Shown: piece after piece, positions 7,236-15,892 of the stretch | How the letters are laid out: each line of letters starts with the position of its first letter | How positions within the stretch are numbered: the stretch's first letter is position 1 | Origin: a virus | Lineage: Duplodnaviria; Caudoviricetes | Direction: 5' to 3' (one strand) | Length of the DNA: 30,597 nucleotides | Virus record (IMG/VR): IMGVR_UViG_3300048882_000117 | Location: 1 to 30,597 of that record | Translations under genes and position numbers: made by a program | The notes under the pieces: model-generated | What the model was told of the DNA's origin: nothing | What the model saw: only the letters and a program-made list of their open reading frames with translations | Database searches by the model: none

Positions 7236-7608
7236 CTTCATAGTAGTCACAGAAGTAAATGATATATGTCCATGTACAGCAAATGAGATTGACAAAGTAC
7301 ATAGACGCTTAGGGTGGCTAAGGATTGGATACCATTTTGTTATCACAAGTGAAGGAGAGATACAAAAGGGGAGGGATGTAGAGCAAGCAGGAGCGCATTC
7401 AAGGGGCTACAACGACTGCTCTATTGGTATTGGGTTATGTGGTCCCAACGCTAGTGAAGAGCAGTTGTCCTCATTGATGTTGCTAACCGCTGGCTTAACT
7501 GTTAAGTACCCCGGTATAGAAGTTATTAATCACCCTTTGTTTAAGGGTACTGGAGAGGAGTTCAACGCAGAAGAATGGTGGAAGAATACCCTGAATCAAA
7601 TCTCATAA
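7219..7608 (+). CDS. T7 lysozyme (gp3.5)-like amidase-fold protein, probably catalytically degenerate
   Basis: GWLRIGYHFVI, GRD...GAHSRGYN..SIGIGLCG and position. Start reassigned to ATG 7219. Zn ligands equivalent to His17 and Cys130 are missing. Confidence 0.85.
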   Translation: MRRTTDFIVVTEVNDICPCTANEIDKVHRRLGWLRIGYHFVITSEGEIQKGRDVEQAGAHSRGYNDCSIGIGLCGPNASEEQLSSLMLLTAGLTVKYPGIEVINHPLFKGTGEEFNAEEWWKNTLNQIS

Positions 7609-9236
7609 TGAAAACCTCATGTCCTAGCTGTAGTTCGTCAGATGCTAATTGTATCTACGATGATGGGCATGAGTATTGTTTTAGTTGCGGTCATCGCTCC
7701 GTAAGTTCAAAAAGCGAATTACCTACAAGGAAACCAAAGATGGCAATAGATTTAATAGAGGGTGGACAGACTCTCCCATTGAATAACAGAGGTATCCACT
7801 TAGATACCACTCAGAAATTTAAGTATGAACGAGGCAGATATAACGGTAAGGACTGCCAGATAGCTAACTACTACAATGATGGTAGTCGTATAGCACAGAA
7901 GGTAAGGTTTCCTAACAAGGACTTCTTATTCATAGGGGATACTAAACAAGTAGGACTCTATGGGCAGTGGCTGTTCAAGGGTAAAGGTAAGATGGTTGTA
8001 GTGTGTGAGGGAGAGATAGACACCTTAACCGTATCTCAAATCTTTGGCAATAAGTTCCCAGTGGTTGGGATACCTAATGGTGCCAACGGTGCAAAGAAAG
8101 CCATCAAGAAAGAGCTTGAATGGTTGTGTAAGTTTGACCAAGTTGTCCTGTGCTTTGATATGGATGAACCGGGTCAACTAGCAGCGAAGGAATGCGCTGA
8201 GTTGTTCCCACCTAATAAAGCCAGGGTTGCCCATCTACCGATGAAAGACCCCAACGACATGTTGATGTCTAACAAGGTAGTAGAGTTGACTAATGCTATA
8301 TGGGAAGCTAAGAGTTATCAGCCTGATGGCATCCTTAATGGGATGGACTTATGGGACTTGGTTAGTACCGAAGACAAGACTGAATCGAAACTATACCCAT
8401 TCGAGGGTATCAACAAGATGACTAGAGGGATTAGGCGCGGAGAGATTGTTACCGTGACCGCAGGGTCAGGGATTGGTAAGAGTCAGATAGTCAGGGAGTT
8501 CACTCATCACTTATTAAATCAAGGAGAGTCCATAGGCTACATAGCCTTAGAAGAGAATGTTAAACGCACAGCCTTAGGTTTGATGAGTTTGGCTATCAAT
8601 AAACCACTTCACTTAGGTACAGAGCATGTAACAGAGGAAGAGTTAAAGATGGCCTTTGATAACACACTCGGTACAGGCCGTGTGTTTCTGTATGACCATT
8701 GGGGTAGCACAGAGACAGGCAACCTACTTAATAAGATTAGGTTCTTAGCGACTACAGCGGAGTGCGGTTACATTGCCTTAGACCACATATCAATTTGTGT
8801 AAGTGGTATGGAAGGTGGTGACGAAAGGAGAATCATTGATAACTTAATGACTAACTTACGTTCTTTAGCTGAAGAACTTAGTATTGGATTGATACTGGTG
8901 AGTCATCTTAAAAGACCTAGTGGAGATAAGGGTCATGAAGATGGGGCTAAGACTTCATTAGCACAGCTAAGAGGGTCAGGCGCTATCGGGCAATTGAGTG
9001 ATATAGTAATTGGGTGTGAGCGGGACCAACAGTCTGGTGATACAGCTAACACAACCACGGTACGGATACTGAAAAACAGATGGACAGGGCAGACAGGTGT
9101 TTGTTCCGTCTTGAACTATGATATCAATACAGGACGTATGATTGAGATAGCCACATCCGAAGAGGATGCTGTAGACATAGGGGACTCAGACCCTTTCAGT
9201 AATGTAGATATGGAGGATAACGAATGGGCAGCTTAG
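7575..9236 (+). CDS. Primase-helicase (T7 gp4-like)
   Basis: Zn finger CPSC...CFSC; TOPRIM EGEID and FDMDEPG; Walker A AGSGIGKS; LDHIS, SHLKR, LRGSGAIGQLSD and KNR. Confidence 0.97.
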   Translation: MVEEYPESNLIMKTSCPSCSSSDANCIYDDGHEYCFSCGHRSVSSKSELPTRKPKMAIDLIEGGQTLPLNNRGIHLDTTQKFKYERGRYNGKDCQIANYYNDGSRIAQKVRFPNKDFLFIGDTKQVGLYGQWLFKGKGKMVVVCEGEIDTLTVSQIFGNKFPVVGIPNGANGAKKAIKKELEWLCKFDQVVLCFDMDEPGQLAAKECAELFPPNKARVAHLPMKDPNDMLMSNKVVELTNAIWEAKSYQPDGILNGMDLWDLVSTEDKTESKLYPFEGINKMTRGIRRGEIVTVTAGSGIGKSQIVREFTHHLLNQGESIGYIALEENVKRTALGLMSLAINKPLHLGTEHVTEEELKMAFDNTLGTGRVFLYDHWGSTETGNLLNKIRFLATTAECGYIALDHISICVSGMEGGDERRIIDNLMTNLRSLAEELSIGLILVSHLKRPSGDKGHEDGAKTSLAQLRGSGAIGQLSDIVIGCERDQQSGDTANTTTVRILKNRWTGQTGVCSVLNYDINTGRMIEIATSEEDAVDIGDSDPFSNVDMEDNEWAA

Positions 9237-9406
9237 AGGTTAATGAAACTGGTTTGTGGATTGGGGAATTTACTGTTACTTGGGATGATGTTTTTAATAG
9301 GGTTGTGGAGACATATCCTGGAGGTAGCATGGTTGCTACTCAGGCAGCAAGAGGAATCGTTGAGGAGTTAAGAGCATTAGCAGATGATATCGAAAAGGAA
9401 TACTAA
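9224..9406 (+). CDS. Hypothetical protein
   Basis: GGAGG SD upstream; stop overlaps the polymerase start (TAATG). Confidence 0.7.
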   Translation: MGSLEVNETGLWIGEFTVTWDDVFNRVVETYPGGSMVATQAARGIVEELRALADDIEKEY

Positions 9407-11241
9407 TGAGGTTGGTATTCGATATTGAGACTAATGGGTTGTTGGACAAGGAAGACCTTAAGATTCATTGTATAGGTCTACATGATTTAGACAGTGGGTT
9501 GTCTAAAGTCTATGACAATCAAACCCATCCAATCAACACAGCTATTAAGATGCTCAATAGAGCGGACGTACTCATAGGGCATAACATCATAGGATTTGAT
9601 ATCCCTGCCTTGGAGCGCATCAAGTTTTATGGTGGTGTTAGTCAGGAAAACTTTAAGCTAACCGATCAGAAGGTTATAGATACGTTAGTCCTCAGTAGGC
9701 TCATGCATCCAGACATTAGAGAGAAAGACTTTAATGCCTTGAAGAAGAAAGTCCCTTGGGTATATAACAATAAGAAGTTGATTGGTAGCCATAGCCTAAA
9801 AGCTTGGGGATTGCGATTGAACATCCTTAAAGGTGACTATGGTGATACAACGGATTGGTCCGAATGGTCGCAGGAAATGAGTGACTACTGCCTACAGGAC
9901 GTAGAGGTAACTACCCATTTATTCAAACAGATGTCGAGGGTTAAGTATTCCAAGTACGCAGTGGAACTGGAGCATGCCATTGCCACGATATGTACCAAGC
10001 AACAGGAGGATGGGTTTCCATTTGATGTTCCTAGAGCAAGGAAACTATATGGAGAGCTATGTGCTAAGAGGTCGGTACTAGAGAATAATCTCAAGGATGA
10101 GTTTGGTGATTGGTGGATTAATAAGGGTGAGGTAATACCCAAGAGAACACTAAGATTCAAAGATAATATCAGAGGTGATTATACTGAAGGTCAGTCGTAC
10201 ACTCGCGTAATACATACCGAGTTCAATGCTAACAGCAGGGAGCATATAGCAAAGAGACTGATTGATTTGTATGGATGGAAACCAGAACTGTATACAGACA
10301 ATGGGCAACCTAAGGTTGATGAGACTGTGTTGAGTGCATTGGACTATCCACACGCCAAGCTACTATCTGAATACTTAATGATACAGAAACGAATAGCGCA
10401 ACTATCCGAGGGGAATCAAGCGTGGTTAAAACTAGAGAAGGAAGGAAGAATACATGGACGGGTTAATACTATGGGTGCTGTCACATCCAGATGTACACAC
10501 AGCAATCCAAATGTGGCACAAGTACCTAGCGTATCTGCTCCCTATGGTGCGGAGTGTCGCACTTTATTTCATGCTCCCAGTGATTCTTTTCTTGTCGGTG
10601 TTGATGTTAGTGGGCTTGAGTTACGTTGTCTTGCACATTATATGCACCCTTTTGACAAAGGTAAGTATGCTAAAGAGTTACTTGATGGGGATATTCACAC
10701 AGTTAACCAAGAGGCCGCAGGGTTAGATTCACGCTCCCAAGCTAAGACCTTCATATATGGTTTCCTTTATGGTGCAGGACCAGAGAAGCTGGGTGAGATT
10801 GTAGGTGGTGGTAAGAAGGAAGGCACGAAGTTACGGAACTCGTTCCTTAAGAAGACTCCTGCTATTAAGAAACTACGCGAAGAGGTCAGTAAGAAAGTTA
10901 AAGCGGAAGGGTGGCTCAAAGGATTAGACGGTAGAAGGGTACCCATACGGTCTGAGCATGCAGCCCTCAACTCTCTTCTTCAATCAGCAGGGGCAATCAT
11001 ATGCAAGCAGTGGTTAGTCATCTTACATCAGCAACTAAAACTAAAAGGAATCACAGGGGTTACACAAGTTGCATTTGTACATGATGAAGTACAACTTGTC
11101 GTGAAGGGTGATGAATCTAAATCTAAGCAAATAGGGGAACTAGCAATTGAGGCAATACGACTTACTGGAGAATACTACAAATTCAAGCTCCCTCTTACCG
11201 GAGAGTTCAACATTGGTAGAAACTGGGCAGAAACTCACTAA
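9406..11241 (+). CDS. polA: DNA polymerase family A (T7 gp5-like)
   Basis: Exonuclease motifs FDIET, GHNIIGFD and YCLQD; motif A DVSGLELR; motif B AKTFIYGFLYG; motif C VHDE. Confidence 0.97.
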   Translation: MRLVFDIETNGLLDKEDLKIHCIGLHDLDSGLSKVYDNQTHPINTAIKMLNRADVLIGHNIIGFDIPALERIKFYGGVSQENFKLTDQKVIDTLVLSRLMHPDIREKDFNALKKKVPWVYNNKKLIGSHSLKAWGLRLNILKGDYGDTTDWSEWSQEMSDYCLQDVEVTTHLFKQMSRVKYSKYAVELEHAIATICTKQQEDGFPFDVPRARKLYGELCAKRSVLENNLKDEFGDWWINKGEVIPKRTLRFKDNIRGDYTEGQSYTRVIHTEFNANSREHIAKRLIDLYGWKPELYTDNGQPKVDETVLSALDYPHAKLLSEYLMIQKRIAQLSEGNQAWLKLEKEGRIHGRVNTMGAVTSRCTHSNPNVAQVPSVSAPYGAECRTLFHAPSDSFLVGVDVSGLELRCLAHYMHPFDKGKYAKELLDGDIHTVNQEAAGLDSRSQAKTFIYGFLYGAGPEKLGEIVGGGKKEGTKLRNSFLKKTPAIKKLREEVSKKVKAEGWLKGLDGRRVPIRSEHAALNSLLQSAGAIICKQWLVILHQQLKLKGITGVTQVAFVHDEVQLVVKGDESKSKQIGELAIEAIRLTGEYYKFKLPLTGEFNIGRNWAETH

Positions 11242-11698
11242 GGTATGTTGGACGTGTGGGGAAGTTAAGCCCGTAACCCTATTCTATGGTAAAAAAGAAA
11301 ATAGAGATGGCAGGGAAAACCATTGTAAGGCTTGTCGTATGGGGCGGCAAAAGGAAATTAGAAAAAGGCCCGTCAGTAAGGTGATGAAATATGGCTATCG
11401 CATACTCAGAGAGTACGGACTTACATGGGAGATGCATGAGGAGTTAATTCTACGAGCAAGGGGTCATTGTGAATCCTGTAGAGAACCATTTACTAATGCC
11501 AATAGGAGTATACATATAGACCATTGTCACACCACCAAGGATGTACGGGGTTTATTGTGTGGTAGGTGTAACAAGTCAGCAGGGTACTTAATGGATTGCC
11601 CTGATAAAATCTTCAGCTTAATTAAATACATAATAGAAACACGCTACGACCCCTTTTTAAAATCAGAAGCCTTACACTTAAGTAAGAAAACCACATAA
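11213..11698 (+). CDS. Endonuclease VII-family (HNH-type) free-standing endonuclease
   Basis: N-terminal CWTC...CKAC; YGLT; CESC; IDHCHTTKDVRGLLCGRCN. Likely TTG start at 11213 after GGAGAG, overlapping the end of polA. Confidence 0.88.
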   Translation: MVETGQKLTKVCWTCGEVKPVTLFYGKKENRDGRENHCKACRMGRQKEIRKRPVSKVMKYGYRILREYGLTWEMHEELILRARGHCESCREPFTNANRSIHIDHCHTTKDVRGLLCGRCNKSAGYLMDCPDKIFSLIKYIIETRYDPFLKSEALHLSKKTT

Positions 11699-11715
11699 GG
11701 ATAACTACACCAAAT

Positions 11716-12369
11716 ATGAAAGTAGAACTATTAAACACGATGGGTAACGATGACACAGTGGCTAATGCAGCTAGAGTCTCTTACGCAGAAGAATCCTCGC
11801 AGTACACCATAGACCAGAACAATAGGTTGATTAGATACCTAGCGAAGCATGGGCATTGGAGTCCCTTCGGACACATACAGGCGCAGTTCCGAATCAAAGC
11901 ACCCATCTTTGTTGCCAGACAGTTAGCTAAACATCAGGTCGGGTTAGTGTGGAATGAAATCTCATACCGATATGTCAAAGCCGAACAGTCTTATTGGAAA
12001 CCCATATCATTCAGGAAGGACGATAAGGCCATCAAGCAAGGCTCAGGGAAAATAGGATTATCAGGGATGAAGAAGTCTATGGCTGATTGTGTTTATCGGT
12101 CAGCTATCCAGACAAGTCAGGTGGCATACGAAACCCTATTGGGCATGGGGGTCAGCAAGGAACAGGCAAGGGCAGTGCTACCAACAGCAATCAATACAGA
12201 ATGGTATTGGACAGGTTCAGTCTTAGCATTCGCAAGAGTCTGTAACTTAAGATTAGACAAGCATGCCCAGCAAGAGACGAGGGAGATAGCACAGCAGATA
12301 TCTGACCAGATAGAGATATTCTTTCCTGAAGTATGGGAAGCATTAACAGGGGAACGCAATGAAGACTGA
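11716..12369 (+). CDS. thyX: Flavin-dependent thymidylate synthase
   Basis: AARVS, HWSPF, APIFVARQLAKHQ...NEISYRY, EQARAVLP and HAQQE. Confidence 0.95.
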   Translation: MKVELLNTMGNDDTVANAARVSYAEESSQYTIDQNNRLIRYLAKHGHWSPFGHIQAQFRIKAPIFVARQLAKHQVGLVWNEISYRYVKAEQSYWKPISFRKDDKAIKQGSGKIGLSGMKKSMADCVYRSAIQTSQVAYETLLGMGVSKEQARAVLPTAINTEWYWTGSVLAFARVCNLRLDKHAQQETREIAQQISDQIEIFFPEVWEALTGERNED

Positions 12370-13123
12370 GCTAATAATAGATGGGGACATCGTAGTCTTC
12401 CAAGCATGTGCGGCTAGTGAACGAGCTACTAAATGGGATGATGAGTTATGGACTCTCCAGACCGATGAGGGTGAAGCTAAACACAAGGCACACCAATCAG
12501 TTGAAAGAATTATCAAGTCGGTAAAGGGTCACTACCCTGATACGTCTACTGTACTGATTGCTTTCTCAGCTAAGGATAACTTTCGTAAAGAAGTATACCC
12601 AGACTACAAAGCTAACAGAGTTAAGAAAAGAAAACCGTTGTGCATCCCAGAAGTCGTTGCGTACTTAGGACAGCACTACACCTCCGAGATATGGCCTAAG
12701 ATTGAAGCAGATGATGTGATGGGGATATGGGCTACAAACTCATCTGATACCTCAATCATCTACTCTGCCGATAAGGATATGGCAACAATACCCGGCTGTA
12801 TTCATATACGGAATCTTGATGATGCCCCTGTGGAAATAACACAGATTGAAGCAGATAGAAACTGGTTCACTCAGGCACTCACTGGGGATAGCGTGGACAA
12901 CTACCACGGTGTAAAAGGAATTGGACCAGTGAAAGCAAAGCGTATCCTGGCCGAAGCAACTACTGAAAAGGAGATGTGGGAGCTGACACTAAAGGCTTTC
13001 GTAAAAGCAGGGTACACACAGGGGGAGTGTTTAACACAGGTCAGGCTTGCCCGAATCTTGAGAGCAGGAGATTACACCGCAGAGAATGAAGTTGTCCTAT
13101 GGAGTCCAGCAGATGAGTATTAA
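12359..13123 (+). CDS. 5'-3' exonuclease (T7 gp6-like)
   Basis: IIDGD, NFRK...YKANR, EADDVMG, DKDM and GDSVDNYHGVKGIG. Confidence 0.95.
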   Translation: MKTELIIDGDIVVFQACAASERATKWDDELWTLQTDEGEAKHKAHQSVERIIKSVKGHYPDTSTVLIAFSAKDNFRKEVYPDYKANRVKKRKPLCIPEVVAYLGQHYTSEIWPKIEADDVMGIWATNSSDTSIIYSADKDMATIPGCIHIRNLDDAPVEITQIEADRNWFTQALTGDSVDNYHGVKGIGPVKAKRILAEATTEKEMWELTLKAFVKAGYTQGECLTQVRLARILRAGDYTAENEVVLWSPADEY

Positions 13124-13427
13124 TAAGCCAAGCCCAGAGGAGTGGGACTCTCTCCCTAACGCCCTATATGCCGACCCCATGATGTCAATATATAAAGCCC
13201 GTAGACTTAACGCAAAGGATAAGCAAGTAGGCGGTAACCACTACAAGGACATGGCTATTCAACCCATTGATTATTGTGTAGAGAACAAGCTAGACCCATA
13301 CCAAACTAATATTATTAAGTACGCCAGCAGGATGTACAGCAAGAACCAGTGTTTATCTGACCTAGATAAAATCATACATTACGCTGAACTTGCTAAAGAG
13401 AATGCAATTAAAAAAGGAATCAAATGA
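13113..13427 (+). CDS. DUF3310 / T7 gp1.7-like protein (putative nucleotide kinase)
   Basis: QVGGNHYK...IQPIDY...NIIKYASR...DLDKIIHY. Start likely at ATG 13113 (GGAG upstream). Confidence 0.8.
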   Translation: MSINKPSPEEWDSLPNALYADPMMSIYKARRLNAKDKQVGGNHYKDMAIQPIDYCVENKLDPYQTNIIKYASRMYSKNQCLSDLDKIIHYAELAKENAIKKGIK

Positions 13428-13813
13428 AGAACCACCCAACTATACCAAGCACTCACTTCACGGAGACATTCAAGAACTACCAAAAGGTTGCACAGGAGAC
13501 TGCCATTTACTCAGAGGAGATAGCAATAGATTATCTTACGACAGGGTTAGCAGGCGAGGTCGGTGAGTTCACAAGTATCGTGGCTAAACAATTAAGGAAA
13601 GGTAATTATAGTCGGGGGCCGTGGAAAGCTACAAACCTCAAAGCTTATCCATTGGATGATGTAGCAGGGGAACTAGGTGACATCTTATGGTTCGTAGCCC
13701 AACTAGCTACCACGTTTGAGTTGGACTTAGCTGATATAGCCAACAAGAACTTAGCGAAACTAAAGTCCAGAAAGAAGCGTGGTGTCATTGAAGGCTCTGG
13801 TGACTACAGATGA
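13424..13813 (+). CDS. mazG: MazG-like nucleotide pyrophosphohydrolase
   Basis: GLAGEVGE...ELGDILWFV...NLAKL..R..RGVIEGSGD. Confidence 0.9.
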   Translation: MKNHPTIPSTHFTETFKNYQKVAQETAIYSEEIAIDYLTTGLAGEVGEFTSIVAKQLRKGNYSRGPWKATNLKAYPLDDVAGELGDILWFVAQLATTFELDLADIANKNLAKLKSRKKRGVIEGSGDYR

Positions 13814-15582
13814 TTCAGATAGACAAGTCAAGGAACGCTGTACTATCGGAACAATCACAGTCATTGCTGTCAGACTACTACACACTAGATGGTGAAGACA
13901 TACAAGATGCTTTCGCAAGGGCAGCAACAGCATACTCAGGAAGAGATGAAGGGTTAGCCCAGCGGATATATGATTACGCTAGTAAAGGTTGGTTTATGTT
14001 CTCCAGCCCTATACTATCGAATGCCCCCAAGGAGGGGGAGTCTACTAAGGGGTTACCCATATCATGCTTCCTATCATACGTGCCAGATACGTTGGAGGGC
14101 TTGATTGAACATCAAGAAGAGTTAGCGTGGTTGTCAGTAAAGGGTGGGGGTGTAGGTGGACACTGGTCAGATGTGAGAGCGGTGAGTGATAAAGCTCCCT
14201 CCCCCATCCCATTCATGAAAGTAGCTGACTCTGCCATGACTGCATACAAACAGGGGAAGACAAGGAAGGGCAGCTATGCAGCTTACCTCAGCGTCTCCCA
14301 CCCAGACATAATGGAGTTCCTTGACATACGCCTACCTACAGGCGGTGATGCTAATCGTAAATGTTTCAACCTAAACAACGCGGTCAACGTAACTGATAAG
14401 TTCATGGAGAAAGTCAGTAAGGATGAACCGTGGGACTTGATTGACCCACATGATGGAACTGTGCGCGATACTGTTAGCGCAAGGAAGTTATGGGAAAAGA
14501 TACTCGAAGTTAGATTCCGCACAGGTGAGCCTTATGTAAACTTCATTGATGAAGCGAACAGACATCTGCCACAAGCACTTAAGGATAAGGGCTTAAAGAT
14601 TCACGGTAGTAACTTATGCAATGAGATACACCTACCCACATCCCCAGACCGAACAGCAGTCTGTTGTCTGTCTAGTGTGAACCTAGAGAAATACGATGAA
14701 TGGCGCGATGATTCTTTATTCATTGGTGACCTCATTAGAATGCTTGATAATGTGTTGACTGAGTTCATCGTACACGCGCCACCTCAGTTACATCGAGCAG
14801 TACGTTCTGCCATAGCTGAGAGAAGCTTAGGCTTAGGGGCTATGGGATTCCATGCCTTATTACAGAAGAATGGTGTACCTTTTGAATCCGCACAAGCCAG
14901 CGGTTTGAATCGTAAGATATTCTTGGGTATCAAGGAACAGGCAGTTAAAGCCAGCCAGCAACTTGCATTAGAGAGGGGGACTTTCAGAGATGGTATGGAT
15001 ACTAAGATGCGTAACAGTCACCTATTAGCCATTGCACCCAATGCTAATTCCTCGATGATTGTAAGCACATCACCGAGCATAGAACCGTGGAAGTCAAATG
15101 CATTCGCACATCGTACCAGAGTAGGTACACATCTTATTAAGAACAGATATCTAGATAAGAAACTATGGGAAGTGGCTGAGATATACGGGCATGCTTCTGA
15201 GTGGGTTGAAGAGCAGTGGCAATCAATCATACACAGCGAAGGGTCTGTACAACATCTTGATTGTTTTGATGCCTGGACTAAGTCGGTATTCAAGACAGCA
15301 TTTGAAATAGACCAACACTGGGTAGTCCAACATGCAGCCGACAGACAGCCGTGGGTGTGCCAAGGCCAGTCCGTGAACTTGTTCTTCCCTTCAGGGGTAG
15401 AGCGACACTATGTCAATTCAGTACATTTAGATGCATGGAAGAAAAAACTAAAAGGATTATATTATTTGAGAACATCATCAGGACATACAGCAGAACAGGT
15501 GGGGCGCAAAGTAGAACGTGTAGCCTTAAAGGATTTCGGTGAAGAAGATGTAGAAGAGGGGTGCTTATCATGCGAGGGTTAG
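13810..15582 (+). CDS. nrdA: Ribonucleotide reductase class I alpha subunit (no ATP cone)
   Basis: SSPIL, PISCF, GGGVG, SNLCNEI (thiyl Cys), IAPNANSS, LYYLR and C-terminal CLSC. Confidence 0.96.
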   Translation: MIQIDKSRNAVLSEQSQSLLSDYYTLDGEDIQDAFARAATAYSGRDEGLAQRIYDYASKGWFMFSSPILSNAPKEGESTKGLPISCFLSYVPDTLEGLIEHQEELAWLSVKGGGVGGHWSDVRAVSDKAPSPIPFMKVADSAMTAYKQGKTRKGSYAAYLSVSHPDIMEFLDIRLPTGGDANRKCFNLNNAVNVTDKFMEKVSKDEPWDLIDPHDGTVRDTVSARKLWEKILEVRFRTGEPYVNFIDEANRHLPQALKDKGLKIHGSNLCNEIHLPTSPDRTAVCCLSSVNLEKYDEWRDDSLFIGDLIRMLDNVLTEFIVHAPPQLHRAVRSAIAERSLGLGAMGFHALLQKNGVPFESAQASGLNRKIFLGIKEQAVKASQQLALERGTFRDGMDTKMRNSHLLAIAPNANSSMIVSTSPSIEPWKSNAFAHRTRVGTHLIKNRYLDKKLWEVAEIYGHASEWVEEQWQSIIHSEGSVQHLDCFDAWTKSVFKTAFEIDQHWVVQHAADRQPWVCQGQSVNLFFPSGVERHYVNSVHLDAWKKKLKGLYYLRTSSGHTAEQVGRKVERVALKDFGEEDVEEGCLSCEG

Positions 15583-15758
15583 GTGGTTTCTCTGCCCATG
15601 AGGAAGACCCTCTGGGGGGTGAGTGTGTGTGTAATGACTGTGGGAGTGGGAATGTGAGGTGTAATTGGGAGGGCTATGCTTACCGCTGTGATGGCTGTGG
15701 CGATAACTATATTGAATATTTAGACGTTGAGGAAGGTGTAGAAACATGCGAGGGTTAA
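15544..15758 (+). repeat. Direct repeat of the nrdA 3' end (GAAG(A/G)TGTAGAA...CATGCGAGGGTTA)
   Basis: Exact 13-nt repeat at 15569-15581 and 15745-15757, plus an 11/12 match at 15544-15555 vs 15732-15743. Confidence 0.8.
15570..15758 (+). CDS. Small Zn-ribbon protein ending in an NrdA-like tail (DVEEGVETCEG)
   Basis: CNDCG...CDGCG; GAGGGG SD before ATG 15570. Confidence 0.6.
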   Translation: MRGLGGFSAHEEDPLGGECVCNDCGSGNVRCNWEGYAYRCDGCGDNYIEYLDVEEGVETCEG

Positions 15759-15892
15759 TGGAACAACTCACTGAACGAATCAAACATCTTGAGCAGATAA
15801 CCATCCAGCTAAGAATGGACATTGAAATGTTAAAGGCACAATCAGCAATCCAACGGAGAGACGATGCTAACAAAAGCAACAAAAACGTATAA
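15746..15892 (+). CDS. Small coiled-coil hypothetical protein, 48 aa (MRGLMEQLTERIKHLEQITIQLRMDIEMLK...)
   Basis: Hand translation; heptad Leu/Ile pattern; alternative start at 15758 (TAATG coupling). Confidence 0.55.
   Translation: MRGLMEQLTERIKHLEQITIQLRMDIEMLKAQSAIQRRDDANKSNKNV

Noticed and set aside
4839-15542. Nested + strand alternative-frame ORFs (4839-5090, 10454-10726, 15351-15542)
   Set aside because: They lie wholly inside RNAP, polA or nrdA, with no convincing SD or motif.
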